DNA from: an uncultured virus (IMG/VR IMGVR_UViG_3300044619_001509)
Lineage: Duplodnaviria > Heunggongvirae > Uroviricota > Caudoviricetes
Length of the DNA: 64,000 bases
Virus record (IMG/VR): IMGVR_UViG_3300044619_001509
Strand: one strand, 5' to 3'
Each line of letters begins with the position of its first letter. Position 1 is the stretch's first letter. Shown piece after piece: positions 38,803-48,704 of the stretch. The notes under the pieces are model-generated. The model was not told where the DNA came from. It worked only from the letters and a program-made list of their open reading frames with translations, and did no database searches. The position numbers and the translations under genes are program-made.

Positions 38803-39279
38803 ATGCCCAAAAAGAAACCAAATCACTACATAAACAACAGTGATTTTTTTGAAAAACTTATGGAGTGGAAAAAGCAAGTAAACGAAGCAAGAGCAGTTGG
38901 AGAAAAACCACCACCAATAACATCTTATATTGGCGAATGTTTTTTAGATATTGCCAAAAATCTCGCAAAGAAACCCAATTTTGTTAATTACCCATTTAAG
39001 GATGATATGATTGGGGATGCCGTAGAAAACTGCTTAATGTATTGTGAAAACTTTAATCCCGAAAAATCTCAGAATCCATTCTCGTATTTTACTCAGATAA
39101 CATACTTTGCGTTCTTAAGACGAATACAAAAAGAGAAAAAGCAAAATCTAATCAAATTTAAAAAGTTAAAGTCTTTGGACACAAAAGGTGATCTCAACGA
39201 ATACTTTAAGATGATGGGATTTACCGAAGATGAAATTGAATATTATGATAAACTTGATGAGGAAAAAATAGAAGAATGA
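38803..39279 (+). CDS. gp55: Late transcription sigma factor
   Basis: HYINN..F, YIGECFL.IA..LA.KPNFVNY, DMIGD.VENC, NPFSYFTQI.YFAFLRRIQKEKKQ. Confidence 0.95.
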   Translation: MPKKKPNHYINNSDFFEKLMEWKKQVNEARAVGEKPPPITSYIGECFLDIAKNLAKKPNFVNYPFKDDMIGDAVENCLMYCENFNPEKSQNPFSYFTQITYFAFLRRIQKEKKQNLIKFKKLKSLDTKGDLNEYFKMMGFTEDEIEYYDKLDEEKIEE

Positions 39280-40322
39280 AAGTTGCTATAATTTCTGATA
39301 CTCATTTTGGCGCAAAGAACGATTGTCCTTACCTACTGGATCATTCTCTTTCTTACTTTGAGAATACCTTCTTTCCATATCTAAAAAATAATAATATTAA
39401 GACAATTATTCACATGGGAGATCTCATGGATCGCCGAAAGTATGTGAATTTTAATACATTATCTCAGGTTCGTAAACGATTTATACAACACATCAAAGCA
39501 AGCGAAATAGATTTTCATTGCATTATCGGAAACCACGATACCTATTTTAGAAATACAAATGATATCAATTCTGTTCAAGAATTGTTTGAATATAATTTAA
39601 ACATCTATTCGGTTGCAAAGGAAGTAACAATTGGTGGTTTGCCAATGTTGTTTATTCCGTGGATCAACAAATCAAATGTTGATGATGCATATAAAGCAAT
39701 CATACAAAGTAAGTGTGAGTTTGCTCTTGGTCATTTGGAGATCAGCGGATTTGAAGTTATTCGCGGTGTGAAGCACGAAGAGGGATTGGATATATCCTTA
39801 TTTGATAAGTTTGAAAAGGTATTTTCTGGTCACTTTCATTGCAAACAAAGTCACAAAAATATTGAATATTTTGGAACGCAATATCAAATAACATTTAATG
39901 ATCTAAATGAACGCAAGGGATTTCATGTTTTTGATACCGAAACGCGAGAAATAGAGTACATTAAAAACACATCCAAATTGTTCTATCAGATCAAGTATGA
40001 TGACAAAAATTATGAGATGATGGAAACGGAGTTTGAGAGGTATGCAAAGACATTTGTTCGTGTAATTGTAGACACCAAAACAAATCCAATAGTATACGAT
40101 CAGTTTGTGCAATCGTTATTGGACGCAGGGGCATATGATGTTTCTATTATTGAAGATTATAGTGAACAACAGACGATGGCCAGTTCTGTGGACGATGTTT
40201 CAAAGGACACACTCACACTCATCAATGAGGAAATTGACAATCTGAGTGACATTGACAACAAGACCAAACTAAAGAAAATGATCCACGATCTGTACCTTGA
40301 GAGCTTGACGGTCGAGGAGTGA
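39276..40322 (+). CDS. gp47: Mre11/SbcD-like recombination nuclease
   Basis: ISDTHFG, MGD, GNHD, SGHFH. Confidence 0.95.
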   Translation: MKVAIISDTHFGAKNDCPYLLDHSLSYFENTFFPYLKNNNIKTIIHMGDLMDRRKYVNFNTLSQVRKRFIQHIKASEIDFHCIIGNHDTYFRNTNDINSVQELFEYNLNIYSVAKEVTIGGLPMLFIPWINKSNVDDAYKAIIQSKCEFALGHLEISGFEVIRGVKHEEGLDISLFDKFEKVFSGHFHCKQSHKNIEYFGTQYQITFNDLNERKGFHVFDTETREIEYIKNTSKLFYQIKYDDKNYEMMETEFERYAKTFVRVIVDTKTNPIVYDQFVQSLLDAGAYDVSIIEDYSEQQTMASSVDDVSKDTLTLINEEIDNLSDIDNKTKLKKMIHDLYLESLTVEE

Positions 40323-40333
40323 TCTGGTAGAAT
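40305..40333 (+). promoter_or_regulatory. Sigma70-type early promoter, probably leaderless
   Basis: TTGACG-17 nt-TAGAAT with TGn; ATG begins 7 nt after the -10 box. Confidence 0.7.
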
Positions 40334-40339
40334 CCCACC

Positions 40340-40657
40340 ATGAAAACCGACACAGATGATAAAATGTATGTGGTTCGCTATACAACTGGAGTTTATTTTA
40401 GTGTTTATGGTGATTCTAGAGAAACCACGAACCTTGCAGATGCGGATAAATTTACCTTACACTCAGCACTGGAAAAAGCCAAACAACTTAATTGCAATTG
40501 TACAGTTTTTGAGTATATTCCTCCCCAACTCGGAAATTCGGTAAATCCTAAGCAAGAAATTTTAAATGAACTGTATACCATCACCTCATATACAGATCCG
40601 CGAGTCCTCGCGGGCGTAAATCGTACTATTCAACTAGTCAACATGTATATGAAATAA
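40340..40657 (+). CDS. Hypothetical protein
   Basis: 105-aa ORF directly downstream of a promoter. Confidence 0.6.
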   Translation: MKTDTDDKMYVVRYTTGVYFSVYGDSRETTNLADADKFTLHSALEKAKQLNCNCTVFEYIPPQLGNSVNPKQEILNELYTITSYTDPRVLAGVNRTIQLVNMYMK

Positions 40658-40661
40658 ATTT

Positions 40662-41204
40662 ATGAATATTTTTGCAGTCCATCAAGATCCAGTGATCGCA
40701 GCAGAGATGCTATGCGATAAACATGTAGTCAAGATGATCGTTGAAGGTTGTCAGATGCTTTCGACAATTCACCATATGGATTACATGGATATTGTTGCAG
40801 ATAATAATTTTTGTCATCGCTTGTACAAACCATCGTTTAAGAATCATCCTTGCACCAAATGGGCAAGAGAAAATCAAGCAAATTATTTTTGGTTAGCAGA
40901 ACACACATTTGCACTTTCGTGTGAATATACTGCTAGGTACGGTAAAACACATAAAGCAAATGGTTTGTCTATTGACTTTATGAAAAACATTCCTTACTTC
41001 TTGCGGGATACTTCTATCGTTCGTACACCGTTTGCACAGGCCATGCCAGATAAATATAAGTGCGAAGACGGTGTAACCGCATATAGAAATTATTATATTG
41101 GGGAGAAAGCCAAAATTGCAAAGTGGAAACACGGTAATAACCCACAGTGGTTTCTAGAAGGAATTCAAAATCAATGCACGAAACAGACTTTACATTTACC
41201 CTAG
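40662..41204 (+). CDS. Pyrimidine-dimer DNA glycosylase (DenV/endonuclease V-like family)
   Basis: MNIF....DP..AA...CDKHVVKMI.E..QMLST, HPCTKWARE...NY.WL, PFAQAMPD.YK, AYRNYY. Confidence 0.75.
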   Translation: MNIFAVHQDPVIAAEMLCDKHVVKMIVEGCQMLSTIHHMDYMDIVADNNFCHRLYKPSFKNHPCTKWARENQANYFWLAEHTFALSCEYTARYGKTHKANGLSIDFMKNIPYFLRDTSIVRTPFAQAMPDKYKCEDGVTAYRNYYIGEKAKIAKWKHGNNPQWFLEGIQNQCTKQTLHLP

Positions 41205-41746
41205 AAGAATATTCAGAAAATAAAACAAAAATTTTAGTTTCCAAAGAGGATAGAGATATTGTAGAATATCTTTTTGAATCTTATGGATACGAAATAATTA
41301 AGTTTAACAGGAGATCCTTCGTTGTGGAGGATCATATTTTTGAAGTATTTGATGAATTAAATTCATTCGAAGTGGATGAATCCGATACTCAAGAATTGCT
41401 GACAGAAGACGATTTTACCATCACACCTATGGATGAACTTTATGAAATAAAGTATGTCATCACAACTTTGGATACTCACCAAGAACTATTGGAAGGTATT
41501 GCAAAACGAGCAACGGTTATTCGCGGTGGTAAAAGAAAAATAATCTTTAAGTGTGGGCCTGGTCAGATGAAAGTTGGTAGATCGTGCAGACGCAGACCAA
41601 CGACTGAACTCAATAAAATGAAGAGAAGAGCCAGAATCACCGCAAGAAAAACAAAATCATCTCGTAGAATGGCAGTAAGAAAGCGCAAGATATCATTAAA
41701 GAGAAGAGCAATTTTGGTGAGAACTAAGCCAAAACCTAAAAAGTAA
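41174..41746 (+). CDS. Acidic-then-basic protein resembling prohead core gp68
   Basis: C-terminal KRRARITARKTKSSRRMAVRKRKISLKRR resembles the basic T4 gp68 tail; start uncertain (41147 GTG possible). Confidence 0.5.
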   Translation: MHETDFTFTLEEYSENKTKILVSKEDRDIVEYLFESYGYEIIKFNRRSFVVEDHIFEVFDELNSFEVDESDTQELLTEDDFTITPMDELYEIKYVITTLDTHQELLEGIAKRATVIRGGKRKIIFKCGPGQMKVGRSCRRRPTTELNKMKRRARITARKTKSSRRMAVRKRKISLKRRAILVRTKPKPKK

Positions 41747-41757
41747 TGGAGTAATGA

Positions 41758-43473
41758 GTGATAACATTTAAGAGTATAAAATGGAAAAATTTCCTAAGTA
41801 CGGGAAATACATTTACTGAAATCGACTTTCTCAAGGCAAATACAACTTTAATCAACGGATCTAATGGAGCAGGAAAAACAACTCTTTTGGATGCGTTGTG
41901 TTTTGTATTGTTTGGTAAACCGTACAGAAACATTAATATTCCGCAACTCGTCAATTCGATCAACGAAAAAGATTTAAGAGTTGAGATAGAGTTTAATGTG
42001 GAACAAACTGAATATAAAATTATTCGTGGTCTTGCGCCTAAAATTTTTGAGATATACAAGAATGGTACTCTCATAAACCAAGACGCAAAATCAAAAGATT
42101 ATCAGCAAATGTTTGAGACTCAAATTCTTAAAATGAACTACAAGTCTTTTTGTCAGGTAGTTATTTTAGGTTCAACAAACTATACTCCTTTTATGCGTCT
42201 GAGTGCTGCGGACAGACGAGCAATCGTTGAAAGCCTATTGGACATCAATATATTTTCAACCATGAATACAATACTTAAAGGTAAAATGTCAACCCTTAAG
42301 GATGAGATGAAAGAAATTGATATGTCGGTTAAGTTGCTCAAGCAGGAGCAGGATAGTCAAGAAAAATTCATAGAAAACTTAAAAAACAATAGTAAATCTA
42401 CTTTAGATAAGCATTCTGTTGAACTGAAGAATTCTATGAATCAAATATCCGAATTGACTGAGGATATACAAAATTTAAATAATAGACTGACAGAATATTC
42501 AGAAAGTATTGCAGACAGCGCAAATACAAACAAGTCCAAGACAAAACTCATTTTGCTGCAAGATCAGATTGAAGTAAATGTAAAAGCAGCACAAAAGAGT
42601 CTCAAGTTCTATGAAACTAACAATACCTGTCCAACTTGCTCACAGAATATAGAGGAGCAAGTAAAGTGCAAGCACATTGAAGAAAAAACAAATGCTATTG
42701 CAGAATATACTAATGGATTGACTGAACTAGAACAAAAAATTAAAGATATTGACAACGAACTAATTCAGATAGAGATTGCAAATAAAAAAATCTTAAATCT
42801 CGAAAAAGAAATATCAAGTAAAAATAGTTTGTTGGTGAGTACGACAAAGTACATGAAAAAGATTCAATCGGAAATAGATGAATTAAATCAAGATAAAGAA
42901 AATATTGAAAAAGAAGAGCAGTTGTTAACTGATATTCGTAGTAAATGGAATGATGCAAACGAAAAGCGTAAAATGCTTTTGGAAGATTCTTATTATTACA
43001 CTTTAATCAGTAGTCTTATCAAGGATGGTGGAATAAAGGCCAAAATCATTAAGCATTATCTTCCAATCATGAATAAAATTATTAATAATTATTTGTCTCA
43101 TATGAATTTCTTTGTTAAGTTTGAACTAAATGAGAACTTTGAAGAATCGATTAAAAGCAGACATCGTGATGATTTTACCTACGATAGTTTTAGTGAAGGT
43201 GAAAAAAGAAAAATTGATCTTGCTCTTTTGTTTGCATGGAGAGCAACCGCTCAGTTAAAGAATTCTGTAAATTGTAATCTGATGATTTTTGATGAGGTTC
43301 TTGATGGTAGTCTGGATGATTCATCTATTGAATCTTTCCTAGATATTTTGAAAGGACTAAAGAAAACAAGTAATATTATTGTAATAAGTCATAAACCAAA
43401 AGAACTATTACAAGACAAGTTTGAAAATCATATTACATTTATTAAAAAGAATAACTTTAGCGTTATGCAATGA
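41758..43473 (+). CDS. gp46: Rad50/SbcC-like recombination ATPase
   Basis: WKNFLSTGN, GSNGAGKTT, zinc hook CPTC, FSEGE, IFDE, ISH. Confidence 0.96.
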   Translation: MITFKSIKWKNFLSTGNTFTEIDFLKANTTLINGSNGAGKTTLLDALCFVLFGKPYRNINIPQLVNSINEKDLRVEIEFNVEQTEYKIIRGLAPKIFEIYKNGTLINQDAKSKDYQQMFETQILKMNYKSFCQVVILGSTNYTPFMRLSAADRRAIVESLLDINIFSTMNTILKGKMSTLKDEMKEIDMSVKLLKQEQDSQEKFIENLKNNSKSTLDKHSVELKNSMNQISELTEDIQNLNNRLTEYSESIADSANTNKSKTKLILLQDQIEVNVKAAQKSLKFYETNNTCPTCSQNIEEQVKCKHIEEKTNAIAEYTNGLTELEQKIKDIDNELIQIEIANKKILNLEKEISSKNSLLVSTTKYMKKIQSEIDELNQDKENIEKEEQLLTDIRSKWNDANEKRKMLLEDSYYYTLISSLIKDGGIKAKIIKHYLPIMNKIINNYLSHMNFFVKFELNENFEESIKSRHRDDFTYDSFSEGEKRKIDLALLFAWRATAQLKNSVNCNLMIFDEVLDGSLDDSSIESFLDILKGLKKTSNIIVISHKPKELLQDKFENHITFIKKNNFSVMQ

Positions 43474-43919
43474 AATTAGCCACTCTTGATGATTACGAAG
43501 ACATTATAAAAATATTTTACGAAAATCGAAGCATCTTTCCACACATTCGTACAGATTACTTAAAGCGAATGATAGAATCCAAAAAGTGTTTCTATAAAGA
43601 TGGAGTTGTGATAACATTTAATCAGTATAAACGAACCAATAAGATTGGAAATGTTTATGCGAATAAAAATTCATACACCATTAAGCAAATAGTAAACAAA
43701 TATAAAGGTAATGGGAAAGCAGCAGAAATATTAAAAGAGTTCTTGCAATCCATCCAAGAACCTGTATACTTGTCGGTGCGAGCAGATAATGTTCGTGCAA
43801 ATTCGTTTTACAAAAAGATGAATTTTGAATTAGTTGGAACAATCAATTGGAAAAACGGTACAATACCAGGCCATGTCTACCTCTACTCAGAAACCACGCC
43901 CAGAATACGAACGAAATGA
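43470..43919 (+). CDS. GNAT-family acetyltransferase
   Basis: QIV...KGNGKA (motif A) and LSVRADNVRANSFYKKMNF (motif B). Confidence 0.8.
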   Translation: MKLATLDDYEDIIKIFYENRSIFPHIRTDYLKRMIESKKCFYKDGVVITFNQYKRTNKIGNVYANKNSYTIKQIVNKYKGNGKAAEILKEFLQSIQEPVYLSVRADNVRANSFYKKMNFELVGTINWKNGTIPGHVYLYSETTPRIRTK

Positions 43920-45474
43920 TCATGTCATCAATTCGGAAATAAATGTTTGTTTTGAAGATTTACTTGCAATGACACCTGATGAGTTTAAAAATTGGGTCAT
44001 CAAAATGCGAGAAGTTATTCGTGAAGCATGGGACACTCATGGGTGTCCTCCACGAACAGGTAAAAATCAAGATGAGATTGTTGATGCTTTCAATCGACTA
44101 GAATCTTTTCCTGTTCATGAATTTGAGTTCAATGATGAACTAGAAAACAATTCTTATCCCGATGTTATTATAAACAAATCGCGGGTTGGTGTAGAAGTCG
44201 ATCAGTGGTTTTCTAACATGTTCAAGACGAGAATCAATTATAGTGAAAAGGACAATGGGTATTCAATCTACGATCTAATTGCCGATCCAAATAAATTGGA
44301 TCGTGTAGTCAAAGGTTGTATGCGTCATTTGAGGAGAGATTCTTTCTATTCTCATGCTCTTTCTGCAATAAAACATTCTACCAAGTATTCGGTTGTGGAT
44401 GTTGCCACAGGTGACGAATGGATGGAAGCATTCTTCAATAATCCTTCTATATTTGAAGGACACGATTTCATGTTGGAGCAAATCAAACCAAAGATCGGAA
44501 TGAATAGTGGTTACTTTCAATTAGATCAGTCTGACATTTTAGTATTATCAAAAGAACAAGTAGAAAAGTGGAAAGAAAAAATGTCATACAGGCATCATTC
44601 CACTTTCGATATTAGTAATATGCCTGATGATAAAATTTATTCTATACGACTTTACAGAAAGGGAGAAAAAGTTTTTCCTTCTGGATTTAAATGTTTTAGA
44701 ATAGGTTACATTCAACCCGCAGTAAATTTTCCACCATTAACAGCAAAGTACCTTTATGAAAGATTTACAAATCATATTTATCAAGATCAAGTGGTTATTT
44801 TCGATCCTTCTAGCGGTTGGGGTGGTCGTATTTTGGGTGCTATGTCTATTTCTGATGATACCTGTGTCCATTATGTGGGTACTGACCCAAATACCGATAA
44901 TTTTCCAAATAGCTTGGAACGATACGGCAAATACGGTAGTCTCGCGGATTTCTACAATCAAAAAACATATCGCGGCAATTCGATCTTCACGCCACCAAAC
45001 ACCTACGAAATCTTCATGCTTGGATCAGAAGTCATTGGAGATTCTGAAGGATTCGCCAAGTACAAAGGAAAAGTGGATTTAGTATTTACCTCTCCTCCCT
45101 ATTTTAATCGTGAAGCATACTCAGAAGATCCAACTCAATCCTATAAGAAATTTTCTAATTTTGATTCGTGGGTAGAGGGATTTTTGCGTCCAACTCTCAA
45201 GAATTGCGTAGAATCATTACGCAAAGATAGATATCTTTTATGGAATATATCGGATCTTTTAATTAAGGGAGAGTATCTACCACTTGAAAAAGCAAGTCGA
45301 GATATTCTCGAAGAATATGGTATGAGATATGAATACACCCTCAAAATGGCTTTGGAACCCATGCCAGGTCAAAATCGTGTAGATGAAGATGGTATTCCTA
45401 AATGTAAAAATTACTGTAAAGTAAATGGTAGGATGCTAAAGTACGAACCCGTTTTTGTATTTTACAAACCTTGA
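43873..45474 (+). CDS. DNA amino-methyltransferase (N4-C/N6-A type)
   Basis: SAM-binding FDPSSGWGGR (~44800) and catalytic FTSPPYF (~45085); start uncertain. Confidence 0.75.
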   Translation: MSTSTQKPRPEYERNDHVINSEINVCFEDLLAMTPDEFKNWVIKMREVIREAWDTHGCPPRTGKNQDEIVDAFNRLESFPVHEFEFNDELENNSYPDVIINKSRVGVEVDQWFSNMFKTRINYSEKDNGYSIYDLIADPNKLDRVVKGCMRHLRRDSFYSHALSAIKHSTKYSVVDVATGDEWMEAFFNNPSIFEGHDFMLEQIKPKIGMNSGYFQLDQSDILVLSKEQVEKWKEKMSYRHHSTFDISNMPDDKIYSIRLYRKGEKVFPSGFKCFRIGYIQPAVNFPPLTAKYLYERFTNHIYQDQVVIFDPSSGWGGRILGAMSISDDTCVHYVGTDPNTDNFPNSLERYGKYGSLADFYNQKTYRGNSIFTPPNTYEIFMLGSEVIGDSEGFAKYKGKVDLVFTSPPYFNREAYSEDPTQSYKKFSNFDSWVEGFLRPTLKNCVESLRKDRYLLWNISDLLIKGEYLPLEKASRDILEEYGMRYEYTLKMALEPMPGQNRVDEDGIPKCKNYCKVNGRMLKYEPVFVFYKP

Positions 45475-45499
45475 CATGGCGCAGACAATCTGATACACT
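45471..45499 (+). promoter_or_regulatory. Sigma70-type early promoter, probably leaderless
   Basis: TTGACA-17 nt-TACACT with TGn; ATG begins 7 nt after the -10 box. Confidence 0.75.
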
Positions 45500-45505
45500 A
45501 CTCAC

Positions 45506-46630
45506 ATGAAGATGCGTAGAGATAAACACGAAACTACCGTTATGGGTGAAGAACCTATGTGGACGGATATTAAAACATTGACCGATATTCAAATATCGGC
45601 AAGAACACTAAAAGCAATTAACTGGTACAATTACTTTTGCAATGAAGATATGTACCGCGAATATGTGCTTGAATATTGCAAGCAGTATGATAAAGAGGAA
45701 TACCACAAACTAAAAAGTGTGAATAAAAATCATCCTCTCTTTAGAGAGAGTGGTGCGATTGCACGAATTTTAAATCTTGGTGGAAAAGTTCCACCAAAAG
45801 ATCTGGAAAAGTTTAAAGTACGATATAAGCATTTGCTTAACTTAGCAAAGGTAACAGAAGAAGTTGTGGAAAAGATTGAAGAAGAATCGTCCAAACCTTC
45901 TGTTCAAGATCATATTAAAAATAAAGCAGCAGATACCGTTTCTGAAATGGAAGTGCTGATTGATGTTTTCTTGGAGACAGATGGCAAAGCAAATACAGAA
46001 TTTGTCAAAACATTTGATCCTGAAGCGTGGATTATTTCTCGTAAATTAAAGCAATACGAATGTCAAGCAATTCACGAACACTATTCTGATTCTCTCAAAG
46101 AGAAGAAAGCGGTTCTACAAGGTAAAGATAAACAACTAGTAGAAGGTTATGCTCACATAAAGAGCGCAAAGTTGACCAAATATATCAAGATCCTCGAAAA
46201 GATTGTTGATGTATCAGGACAGTTTGCCCTTCAGAAGAAAGAGCGCAAACCGCGAAAGAAGAAAAAGAAAACAGCAGATCAACTGATCAAGAAGTTAAAA
46301 TATCAGTCTACGCCAGATGCGGATACTGGATTAACTTCTGCTGATCCGAGAACAATCGTCGGAGCATCAAAGTTGCTTGTCTATAATACAAAGACAGGCA
46401 AGGTTTCATTCTATGAGTCGCAATCCCTAGAAGGATTGAGTCTCAAGGGATCGACTTTACTAAATGTCAACAAAGCAGTTTGTAAAACTGTAAGAAAACC
46501 AAAAGAATTTTTCAAAAATATAGCGGGTGTTCGTAGCGTATTGAATCATTATGATTCTCTCAAAACAAAGGAATACGAAGCAACCACAAGAATAAATGAA
46601 CATACTATTATTGTGAAAGCGTTTAAATGA
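45506..46630 (+). CDS. Conserved-type hypothetical T4-like phage protein
   Basis: GEEP.W, NWYNYF, KQLVEGY, IVGA..L.VYNTK, KTVRKP, RINE..II motifs. Confidence 0.65.
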   Translation: MKMRRDKHETTVMGEEPMWTDIKTLTDIQISARTLKAINWYNYFCNEDMYREYVLEYCKQYDKEEYHKLKSVNKNHPLFRESGAIARILNLGGKVPPKDLEKFKVRYKHLLNLAKVTEEVVEKIEEESSKPSVQDHIKNKAADTVSEMEVLIDVFLETDGKANTEFVKTFDPEAWIISRKLKQYECQAIHEHYSDSLKEKKAVLQGKDKQLVEGYAHIKSAKLTKYIKILEKIVDVSGQFALQKKERKPRKKKKKTADQLIKKLKYQSTPDADTGLTSADPRTIVGASKLLVYNTKTGKVSFYESQSLEGLSLKGSTLLNVNKAVCKTVRKPKEFFKNIAGVRSVLNHYDSLKTKEYEATTRINEHTIIVKAFK

Positions 46631-47541
46631 TTTTAATTGACAACTATCAACTCATAATGCCATTGTTATTCCGTTTGGAAGCTACCTTAAGCAAAAACAA
46701 AGCAATAATGACGGATAAAGAAGTGCTTAATGTAATTAGAGCAAGTATGCTACCAAAGTATGCTAAATTAGCAAAACAATTTGTTAAAGATTACAAACAG
46801 ATTTATATTTGTACTGAAGGTGGTAATTCTTGGAGAAAGGATAAGTATCCTTTTTACAAAGCAAACAGAGCAAAATTAAATTCTCCTTTTTGGGATGCAG
46901 CATTTCATTCTCTTCTTCTTTTCGAAGCCGAAATTCACGAAAATGTGTATCCAGTAATCAAATTAGCAAAAACAGAGGCAGATGATATTATTGGTACTTT
47001 GGCAATAGAACAACATAAACACGAAAAAATATTAATTGTTTCGGGTGATAAAGATTTTACTCAACTATTGTATTATCCAAATATCGACATATATAACACC
47101 AACTCTGATAAAATAGTACAATGCCAAGATCCTGTAAATTTTTTAGCGGAACAGATTATTCGTGGTGATGCTTCTGATGGTATACCAAATATTTTAAATC
47201 CAACTAACATTCTCATAAACAGGGATGCTAATGGAAAACAAATACAGAAGCAAAAATCAGTAACAAAAACTAAATTAGAAGAACTTAAATCGGTATTTTT
47301 TAAAGGTCAGTTAAATACAACTCTAGTATCTGAAGATAGATTTAAAATTAATGAAGAGTTGATTGATTTGCATAAAGTACCAAATGAGCATAAATTAGGA
47401 ATTTTTATTCTTTATGACAATTTAAAAATAAATTATGCAAACCATGTAAAGCCTTTTAATTATCTACTATATAGTAATAGCAAACTCCAAGTACAAGATC
47501 TTTATGGTGGTTTCGATTCACATGTATACCTCAATCTCTGA
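46627..47541 (+). CDS. rnh: T4 RNase H-like 5'-3' exonuclease
   Basis: MILID, WRK..YPFYKANR, EADDIIG, IVSGDKDFTQL, GDASDGIPN. Confidence 0.9.
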   Translation: MILIDNYQLIMPLLFRLEATLSKNKAIMTDKEVLNVIRASMLPKYAKLAKQFVKDYKQIYICTEGGNSWRKDKYPFYKANRAKLNSPFWDAAFHSLLLFEAEIHENVYPVIKLAKTEADDIIGTLAIEQHKHEKILIVSGDKDFTQLLYYPNIDIYNTNSDKIVQCQDPVNFLAEQIIRGDASDGIPNILNPTNILINRDANGKQIQKQKSVTKTKLEELKSVFFKGQLNTTLVSEDRFKINEELIDLHKVPNEHKLGIFILYDNLKINYANHVKPFNYLLYSNSKLQVQDLYGGFDSHVYLNL

Positions 47542-47959
47542 TATGCTAACTGATATTGGTTCTTTGAAAACTAAAGAACAAAAAATTGAAAAAATTAAAT
47601 ACTATGCAAAAGCATACAGGTATTTTGAAAATTTTTTAAGATGGAGTTTATTTAATCCAAAGACTCCTGTTTATAAAAAAATTCCAGAATATAACCCAAA
47701 TATGGTAGACATTAGTTTATCATATATTAAACTGGAAAAGGCTTTATCTTCTCTTAAATATTTTTTTGATGGACCAGAATTCGTACAAAATTCAAAGAAA
47801 AGAGATGATAAATTACTCTGTATCTTAGAGGAAATTAGTTGGTTAGAAGCACCATTATTTGAAAGTTTGGTTCTTAATAACTTTAAAAATTATACTCAAG
47901 TTTATTTTACAAAAGAAGAAGTTTTGGAGGCTTTGCCAGAGATGAAGGACATAGCGTAA
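47522..47959 (+). CDS. Hypothetical protein
   Basis: ISDML......KTKEQKI start; resembles the gene that commonly neighbours rnh in T4-like phages. Confidence 0.6.
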   Translation: MYTSISDMLTDIGSLKTKEQKIEKIKYYAKAYRYFENFLRWSLFNPKTPVYKKIPEYNPNMVDISLSYIKLEKALSSLKYFFDGPEFVQNSKKRDDKLLCILEEISWLEAPLFESLVLNNFKNYTQVYFTKEEVLEALPEMKDIA

Positions 47960-48150
47960 TGGGTAGAACTTATAGCAATGAAGACGGTGGATTTGAGAAG
48001 TTTAAAAGAAAACCTAAAAGTGTTAAAAAGGGTAAAGGAACCCGCTCAAATCAAAAACAATTTATTCGTGACACATTTGTAAATAATAACATAGATGATG
48101 TGAACGATGAAGATTACTATAGAGTGAAAGATTGGGAAAAAGATGACTAA
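47959..48150 (+). CDS. Small basic hypothetical protein
   Basis: 63-aa ORF overlapping both neighbours. Confidence 0.55.
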   Translation: MGRTYSNEDGGFEKFKRKPKSVKKGKGTRSNQKQFIRDTFVNNNIDDVNDEDYYRVKDWEKDD

Positions 48151-48694
48151 TGCTCGTAAAATAACAGAAGCAATTCAGAAGGCAAAATTTCAAGGAAAAT
48201 CTGCCGCTGATGCAATAAAGGAACTTCAAGCACAGGAAACGGTTGAAAAAAAAAATGTTCCTGCGGATGTTCCAAATGTTCCCAAACCAAATCTAATAAA
48301 TAAAGCATCTTCTTTTGCCAAATCAATGGCATCAAGAGGTTTAAAAAACAATCGCGCAAGTGATAGAACAATCGCTTTGCGTGTATTGAGTTGTCATGGT
48401 AATAATCAACTTCCTCCATGTCCTTATCGCAAGGATAGTGAAAAATTTAAAGGTTCCTATTATTGTGGTGCGTGTGGGTGTGGAGATAAGCAGATGACGC
48501 AGTTGACTTACATCGAAGTCAATGGTAAAATGACGGACTACAACAAGTTGGATTACCCAAAAGTTACTTGTCCATTAAAAATGCCTGGATTTACCGATTA
48601 CAAAACATCGGAAGAGGATCCACCAACAAGCAACAGCAGAAAACAATTTATTGAGTTTCATGAAGGTATAGATTACATTAAAGAAAATATTTGA
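48143..48694 (+). CDS. Cys-containing hypothetical protein (possible metal binding)
   Basis: C..CP...CGACGC...CP pattern. Confidence 0.6.
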   Translation: MTNARKITEAIQKAKFQGKSAADAIKELQAQETVEKKNVPADVPNVPKPNLINKASSFAKSMASRGLKNNRASDRTIALRVLSCHGNNQLPPCPYRKDSEKFKGSYYCGACGCGDKQMTQLTYIEVNGKMTDYNKLDYPKVTCPLKMPGFTDYKTSEEDPPTSNSRKQFIEFHEGIDYIKENI

Positions 48695-48704
48695 GGTTTA
48701 TATT

